From NCBI RefSeq assembly GCF_006345805.1, contig NW_021834702.1:1-45339 (forward strand): DNA of 45,339 bases, read 5' to 3'. Both the position numbers and the translations under genes were made by a program. Below the pieces are notes generated by a model. It was given only the letters and a program-made list of their open reading frames with translations, did no database searches and was not told the origin of the DNA. Shown here piece by piece: positions 38,621-45,339 of this stretch; position 1 is the first letter of the stretch; each line of letters opens with the position of its first letter. The stretch is from Octopus sinensis. Lineage: Eukaryota.

Positions 38621-39207
38621 AAGGCGGCGAGCTGGCAGAAACGTTAGCACGCCAGACGAAATGCGTAGCCGTATTTCGTCTGCCGTTACGTTCTGAGTTC
38701 AAATTCCGCCGAGGTCGACTTTGCTTTTCATCCTTTCGGGGTCGATAAATTAAGTACCAGTTACGCACTGGGGTCAATGTAATCGACTTAATCCGTTTGT
38801 CTGTCCTTGTTTGTCCTCTCTGTGTTTAGCCCCTTGTGGGTAGTAAAGAAATAGGTATTTCGTCTGCCGTTACGTTCTGATTTCAAATTCCGCCGAGGTC
38901 GACTTTGCCTTTCATTCTTTCGAGGTCGATTAAATAAGTACCAGTTACGCATTGAGGTCGATATAATCGACTTAATCCCTTTGTCTGTCCTTGTTTGTCC
39001 TCTCTGTGTTTAGCCCCTGTGGGTAGTAAAGAAATAGGTATTTCGTCTGCCACTACGTTCTGAGTTCAAATTCCACCGAGGTCGACTTTGCTTTTCATCC
39101 TTTCGGGGTCGATTAAATAAGTACCAGTTACGCCCTGAAGTCGATGTAATCGGCTTAATCCTTTTGTCTGTCCTTGTTTGTCCCCTCTGTGGCAGTAAAG
39201 AAATAAG
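38621..39207 (+). mobile_element. SINE family A: one head plus three tandem body units of about 184 bp
   Basis: gtatttcgtctgcc starts at 38671, 38855 and 39038. Confidence 0.95.
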
Positions 39208-39486
39208 AAATGACCTAAGAGAAATAACACAGTGGCCAAACGCATATACATGATCATCACTGACCAAGGATTGTACTCAATGACAAAGTCACCATTATTC
39301 ACCGTAACAGAGGGTATTGAAAGTTGGCATGACTCTCGGAATAACAACAGTAGTGCCTTCCATGTAGACTCTCGCCTTTGATCTATCAAGTTTCCGATCG
39401 CGTGGGTAGAACAATGGCAATAATGTATGAGAATGTACACAAGGGTGGCCTTGAGGACAAAACAAGGAAGACAAAGACACGAGACA

Positions 39487-39650
39487 TGGCGTCACGTAAC
39501 CCATTGTAGAATTTTACCAGATGATTTGAACTGATGAAGTTTAGCCAGCAGAAAGGCGTGTCTTACTAACTGATGACGTCATTCATAACCCAGCTCGGTG
39601 TGTTTTCACACATATAGTCTATAAAAAGAATTTCTCTTCAGAGACAGTTA
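39487..39650 (+). promoter_or_regulatory. Candidate CRE plus TATA Pol II promoter
   Basis: TGGCGTCA at 39487, perfect TGACGTCA at 39574-39581, TATAAAA at 39620-39626, Inr-like CAGTT at about 39645; motif evidence only. Confidence 0.3.
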
Positions 39651-39794
39651 CCGCAGCGAACGTATTTCTTACGTTTGAGTGAACACAAACGTGTTAAATA
39701 AAAAAATATATGCAGCTTTGCTTTGCTCATTGCTGCTTAGTGTACCTTTAATTAATATATAATATTCAAATTTGATTAATATGTAACGTTGATA

Positions 39795-40192
39795 TTCTTT
39801 TATTCTTTTATTGTTTCAGTCATTTGACTGCGGCCATGCTGGAGCACCGCCTTTAGTCGAGCAAATCGACCCCAATACTTATTCTTTGTAAGCCTAGTAC
39901 TTACTCTATCGATCCAGTTAGCCGAACCGCTAAGTTACGGGGACGTAAACACACCAGCATCGGTTGTCAAGCGATGTTGGGTGGGGGGACAAACACAGAC
40001 ACAAACATATACACACACATACATATATACGACGGGCTTCTTTCAGTTTCCGTCTACCAAATCCACTCACGAGGCTTTGGTCGGCCCGAGGTTGTAGTAG
40101 AAGACACTTGCCTAAGGTGCCACGCAGTGGGACTGAACCCAGAACCATGTGGTTCGTAAGCAAGCTACTTACCACATAGCCACTCCTACGCC
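39795..40192 (-). mobile_element. SINE family B, full length
   Basis: Reverse complement of the 33086 copy along its length. Confidence 0.9.
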
Positions 40193-40873
40193 TAGTAGTA
40201 ACATTTTAAATTATTCAAGAGTGGATTGTACCTTATATAAATGTAGCTGTGATTATCTTTAACGGGTGAATTAGAGGGAGAGGAACAGCGACTATAACCG
40301 TACCCAGGTCCTCTATGACTGGTGTAAGGTATGAAGATCGGCAATTCGATCAAGTCCGAATGCTTGTAGCAGTAGGAATCCGGTAAAAACAATCGACTGT
40401 TATGTAGTAGTGTTAAACAAAGAGTCCGATTACGTCTGTTACCAAAAGACAGGAAAGAGCTACTCTGAAGAGCTTCCGTACAGTTACCACCTACTAAATT
40501 CCACACTATATCCATGTCATTCAGTGAGATCGAACTCGAAATGTCGTAATTGAAACTAAGCTTCTCAGCACACAGCTGCATCTGTATCCACATTGCAATT
40601 AAGTCTGTGAAATACTTAAAATGAAAGGAAAAAAAAAACGTTAGCAAAAACCCATATATGCTCGGATATGACGTAAAATTTTAAGACGAGAAACCTTGGT
40701 TATTCATTAATGTTTAGAGAGAGTAAATATATCCTTCATCAATGGTTTAACTGAATTCGTGAATATCTTCAACAACTGTTTATATAGTTTTTCAAGAAAA
40801 GATTTAATATAATTCCATTTCACTCAGCATAGAAAAGACTATCCTCGATACAGCCGCCATTGCAGTTGCTAAC

Positions 40874-40875
<2 letters not shown>

Positions 40876-40944
<69 letters not shown>

Positions 40945-41050
40945 CAGCAGCAGCATGAATAGTCACACTAATATGGATTTCGTGGTCAGTAGACGATTAT
41001 GTTGAAAGCACCGACAGCAACGTCACCAGTATATAGTGTGTATGTGTGTG

Positions 41051-41094
<44 letters not shown>

Positions 41095-41180
41095 TATACA
41101 CACACACACACACATATACATACAGACACACACACACACACACACTGACTGACTGTCAGACAGAAACGGGGAGATAGATT

Positions 41181-41277
<97 letters not shown>
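40876..41277. repeat. (TAG)n, (TG)n/(CA)n and (GATA)n microsatellites
   Basis: Direct reading. Confidence 0.95.
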
Positions 41278-41657
41278 AACTACGCTGTTCTTCGCCATTT
41301 TTTTTATGAAGGCTTTCAGTAGCTCGATTCATCTACTATTAAGCACAGCCTTATATAAATAACCTCGACTTTTATCTCCACCACTACCACCACTACTACC
41401 ACCAAGCCACCACCACCACCACCACCACCACCATAATTTCTGCTACAATAGTAACATCAAAACCCTTCACCTCTTCCCCTTTCTACAACATATCAAGTCC
41501 CAGAAGAACCAAACAAGGTAGATCTTTCAAACTCGTGACACACACCAACGCCATGGGCAGCACCACTTAACAACAGATAACCCTTAACTCCGACAACCGC
41601 TGACGATTAAACAAACTCTAACTTCCTGCTTCACAGATCTTCGTGTACGTGTGTGTG

Positions 41658-41699
<42 letters not shown>

Positions 41700-42446
41700 C
41701 ACATACGCATACACCTATGTAACGCCTGGCTCTCTTTCTTCGACATTTCCTTTGTGACACCTGACCAAGTTTTGTTTTTTGTTTTGTTTTTTTTTTTATT
41801 TTTGCTCTTTAGTCAATTGCTAAATACATCTGACATATTTGTGTCTTTTCCTCACCTGGATGGAACATCAAAAGTTCAAACTTCCACCGAGCGACGTTTC
41901 ACAAATCATCCAACTCTCCGGCAGTCGGCCATATCTGTCTATCTGTCTGTCTGTCTGTCTATCAGTTTCTCTCCCCCCCTTCTCACATTTTCTCTGTCCT
42001 TCTTTCTCTCTACCTGTTGACATTTAGTCCTTCGTGCAGCTGCACCACACGCCGAACGACCTCTGACACACGTTAGGTAATTAATACAAGCGAATACGGA
42101 ATATGTTTTTGATGGCAATTTATGTGTGGTAGTCTTTCTTTTTTTTTTTTTTTTGCTTTTCTTAAATCTAGATTGATAGCAGTATACTGCTTTGAAACCA
42201 GATTCAAATGTTTACGCAATCATTAATTCTTAAAACTGGATTCTTAAATAATCGGCAGAGAGATGGAGATTGTTATATTTCTTACGGCTCTTTACCTTTC
42301 AGGGCTCAAATTTTACCGAGCCCACCATCTTTCCGAAAATTATGAAATATAAACACCAATCAGCTACTAGAGATGATACACTTGACTAACTTAGTGCCGT
42401 AAATTCCAAGACTGGTGTCTATATTAGAAACAGTTATAGTTCAAGA

Positions 42447-42915
42447 AGGGTAGATTAGAGAATCGGTAGAGCGTCGGACAAATACTTTTCGGTGTCTGTT
42501 CCATCTCTTTGAGTTCTAAATTCAAATGCCCTCGATATCAATTTTCCCTCTCATGCTTCCGGATTCAGTCCCACAGCGTGGCACCTTGGGCAAGTGTCTT
42601 CTACTATAGCCTCCGGCCGATCAAAGCCTTGTCAGTGGATCTGGTAGACAGAAACTGAAAGAAGCCCGTTGCATATTTATATATAAATATATATGTGTGT
42701 GTGCGTGTGTGTGTTTGTGTGTCTGTGTTTGTTCCCCCCACCAACATCGCTTGACAACCGATGGTGGTGTGTATACGCCCCCGTAAATTGGCGTTTCGGC
42801 AAAAGAGACCGATAGAATAAGTACTAGGCTTACAAACAATAAGTCCTGGGTTCGATTTGCTCGACTAAAAGCAATGCTCCAGTATGGCCACAGTCAAATG
42901 TCTGAAACAAGTAAA
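42447..42915 (+). mobile_element. SINE B body preceded by a decayed SINE A-type head
   Basis: agaatcggtagagcgtcggacaaat...ttctaaattcaaat, then ggattcagtcccacagcgtggcaccttgggcaagtg... Confidence 0.7.
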
Positions 42916-43153
42916 AGAGTATAAATACTTTTGCATTCACATCTCTAGTACCTCTAGTACATTTATTTACCTTCATATAAGTATATATGTATGTGTATGC
43001 ATGTGTATGTATACACACACACATATACATATACACATGTATATATATGTATATATATGTGTGTGTATATGTGTTTATACATGTTATATATTGTTACATA
43101 TAGTTACATACATACATGCATACATACATACATATATACATAACATACATATA

Positions 43154-43194
<41 letters not shown>

Positions 43195-43203
<9 letters not shown>

Positions 43204-43360
43204 TTATAGAAGGAGCTTCTACAGGACTAGAACTGTTTCATTCAAATGAAACAGTTCTAGTCCTGTAGAAGCTCCTTCTATAAAATAAATTAATTTACTC
43301 TGCTATGTATTGAGTACCTTATTTACTGTGGTTAACCCCGACTCAACCCGGGACCTACAT
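43195..43360. repeat. Interspersed repeat E, copy B, containing a perfect 47-bp-arm hairpin
   Basis: Arms 43195-43241 and 43246-43292 around spacer tcaa. Confidence 0.95.
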
Positions 43361-43389
43361 ATATATATATAATATATATATATAATACA

Positions 43390-43900
43390 AGAATGGAACA
43401 ATAGCACGAAACATCCAGACAGTTAGGTGATACAAAAAAGGGACAACATACAGGCAGACGATACAAAGAAAACAAGGACGGGTCATTCGGAGTTTTCTAT
43501 CCTCAGTCGAGTTCCAGATTATCTTTGCAATTTCAGCTGGTTATACTCGAGATTGCCCCAATCTGGTCAGCCCCAAGGAAAAACTAAGCTAAGAGCATGC
43601 ATTAGATTCCTTGGAAGCAGCGAATATATACGAAAAGAAGGACGGAAAAAATAACGGAGAAATGTTACACAAATACAAATACAAATAACAGGGCATATCA
43701 ACAGGTGTCTTTCGACTAAGGACGTCTTGAATTAAGCTGGCGTGTGTGGAAGAAAAGCCTTACGGCAGGGACCTAGGTTTTGAAAGGCACAGAGAGAAAT
43801 ATAGATGTTGCACGGATGGTAGTCGAACCAAGAAAGGTCAGGTTTGGCCGAACACCGGTCATGTGGGGAGAGAAGAGAGAGAGGTAGAGGCAGAGAGATA
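43390..43900 (-). mobile_element. Interspersed repeat related to 21782-22200, possibly Penelope-like
   Basis: Shared sequence block; abuts (TA)n. Confidence 0.4.
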
Positions 43901-44093
43901 GAAGAATTAAGGAGGGGCGAGAAAAAATGAAAGGGACACAATGAAGTGAAGGAGGAGGGAAAGTAAACATAAAGAGAAGGCCAGGAAATGTGAGAGAGGG
44001 GGAACGAAAGAACAAAGAGCGGAATGAATGAAGGGCTGATAGAAAGAAGGAAAAAATGAAAGAACAGAAAGAATAATAGAGTCGTACAAAATT

Positions 44094-44124
<31 letters not shown>

Positions 44125-44254
44125 TGTATATATATGAATAGTTGAATGATTATCTTATTATGGATAATTCGGTTAACCGATACCTGGGTAGCGAATTCAA
44201 GTCAGAAAAAATTTTGTTAATGTCGTCGTTCAACTCCATTCTTTCATTTATTTG

Positions 44255-44337
<83 letters not shown>

Positions 44338-44410
44338 CTTACATATAAGAGACCAAAGTGTACGTACGCCGCTAATATGTTTGCATATATAAAAATACAA
44401 GTTAAATTAG

Positions 44411-45230
44411 TACCCGGATTGTTGCTATAGTAGCGAAGTTAAAGCCTACAGAGTGAAGTCGCTTGACACAGATTGACCTTGACCTCTGTTGTGCTTGTAC
44501 ACTAAGTTTTAATGTTCTGGCTCACTTTCACTGTTTACAGCACTGCTTCGAAATAACGTGAGTAGCGCGTGATCATCGCATTGACCATGACAGAGAAAGT
44601 TGTCATTGCAACACCTGCTCAGAGGCCTACGCAAAGTTGCAGAAAGTGTATGGAGAGGAGTGTATGAGTTGCACACAAGTGTATGAGTGGTTCAGACGTT
44701 TTGAAGATGGCCGAACAAATGTCGATAGTGACGAAAGTTCTGAGAGACCCGCGACCAGCAGAACTGAGAAAACCATCGCAGGTATGCTTGCAGCTATGAA
44801 GCGAAATCGTCAAATCACCATATGTGAGTTATCAGAGGATGAACAGATTATTTACGGTTCAGTTCAGTCCAATATCAATGAAGATTTGGGTATAAGATGT
44901 GTGTCTGCCACGTTTGTGTCCAGACGGCTTTCAGCTGACCAAAAAGACACTCGGCTTTCAGTGGCACAAGATCATGAATGAGTCGAGAGCGATGAAAATT
45001 TTTGAAAACTTTGCGTAAGCCTCTGGCAATATTTGATACAGAGTCACTGCTCAATGCGAGGAACACACCCTACACACGTTACTTCGAAGCACTGTTGTAT
45101 ACAGCGGAAATGAGCTAGAGCGTTAAAACTCAGTGCGCATGCACAGCAGAATTGAAGGTCAATCTGTGCTGTGCCAAGCGGCTTTACCCTACATGCTTTA
45201 GCTTCGTTACTATGACAACAGTCCGGATGC
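44411..45230 (+). mobile_element. Internally deleted mariner-family transposon with long TIRs (about 170 bp)
   Basis: N-terminal HTH remnant LQKVYGEECMSCTQVYEWFRRFEDGRTNVDSDE; 44414-44585 aligns with the reverse complement of 45050-45226. Confidence 0.8.
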
Positions 45231-45339
45231 AGAACCGTTAGCACGCCGGGCGAAACGTGTAGCCGTATTTCGTCTGCCGTTACGTTCTGAGTTCAAATTC
45301 CGGCGAGGTCGACTTTGCCATTCATCCTTTCGGGGTCGA
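45231..45339 (+). mobile_element. SINE family A (runs off the window edge)
   Basis: Head and core motifs. Confidence 0.9.

Noticed and set aside
43700-43735. GAC...GTC-GAAA on the minus strand
   Set aside because: No CUGANGA box upstream.

Overview
AT-rich animal DNA with no convincing protein-coding gene. The SINE families, microsatellite load and TTAGGG motif look like an octopus or other coleoid cephalopod genome; this is recognition from memory, not a search result. Nearly all ORFs in the supplied track are microsatellite read-throughs or antisense to repeats. The window contains: at least three tRNA-derived SINE families, one often in tandem multimers; decayed LINEs (an APE start and two CR1/L2-like pieces); four fragments of restriction-like-endonuclease (R4/Dong-type) retrotransposons, three of them minus-strand in an (AAT)n-rich cluster; two Tc1/mariner derivatives; two copies of a MITE with 29-bp TIRs, 8-bp TSDs and an internal TTAGGG array; and Penelope-like termini abutting (TA)n tracts. 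Most interesting signals: (1) minimal hammerhead-ribozyme-like motifs sharing a variant architecture (28758-28793, 21626-21660), plus a long-stem hammerhead-like core in an element with terminal direct repeats at 27.4-27.9 kb; (2) recurrent fold-back palindromes beside (TA)n tracts, including an apparent before/after pair of a template-switch event (33541 vs 43195); (3) the telomere-repeat-carrying Merlin-like MITE; (4) apparent partitioning of retroelements among microsatellite types. All coordinates and alignments were read by eye.
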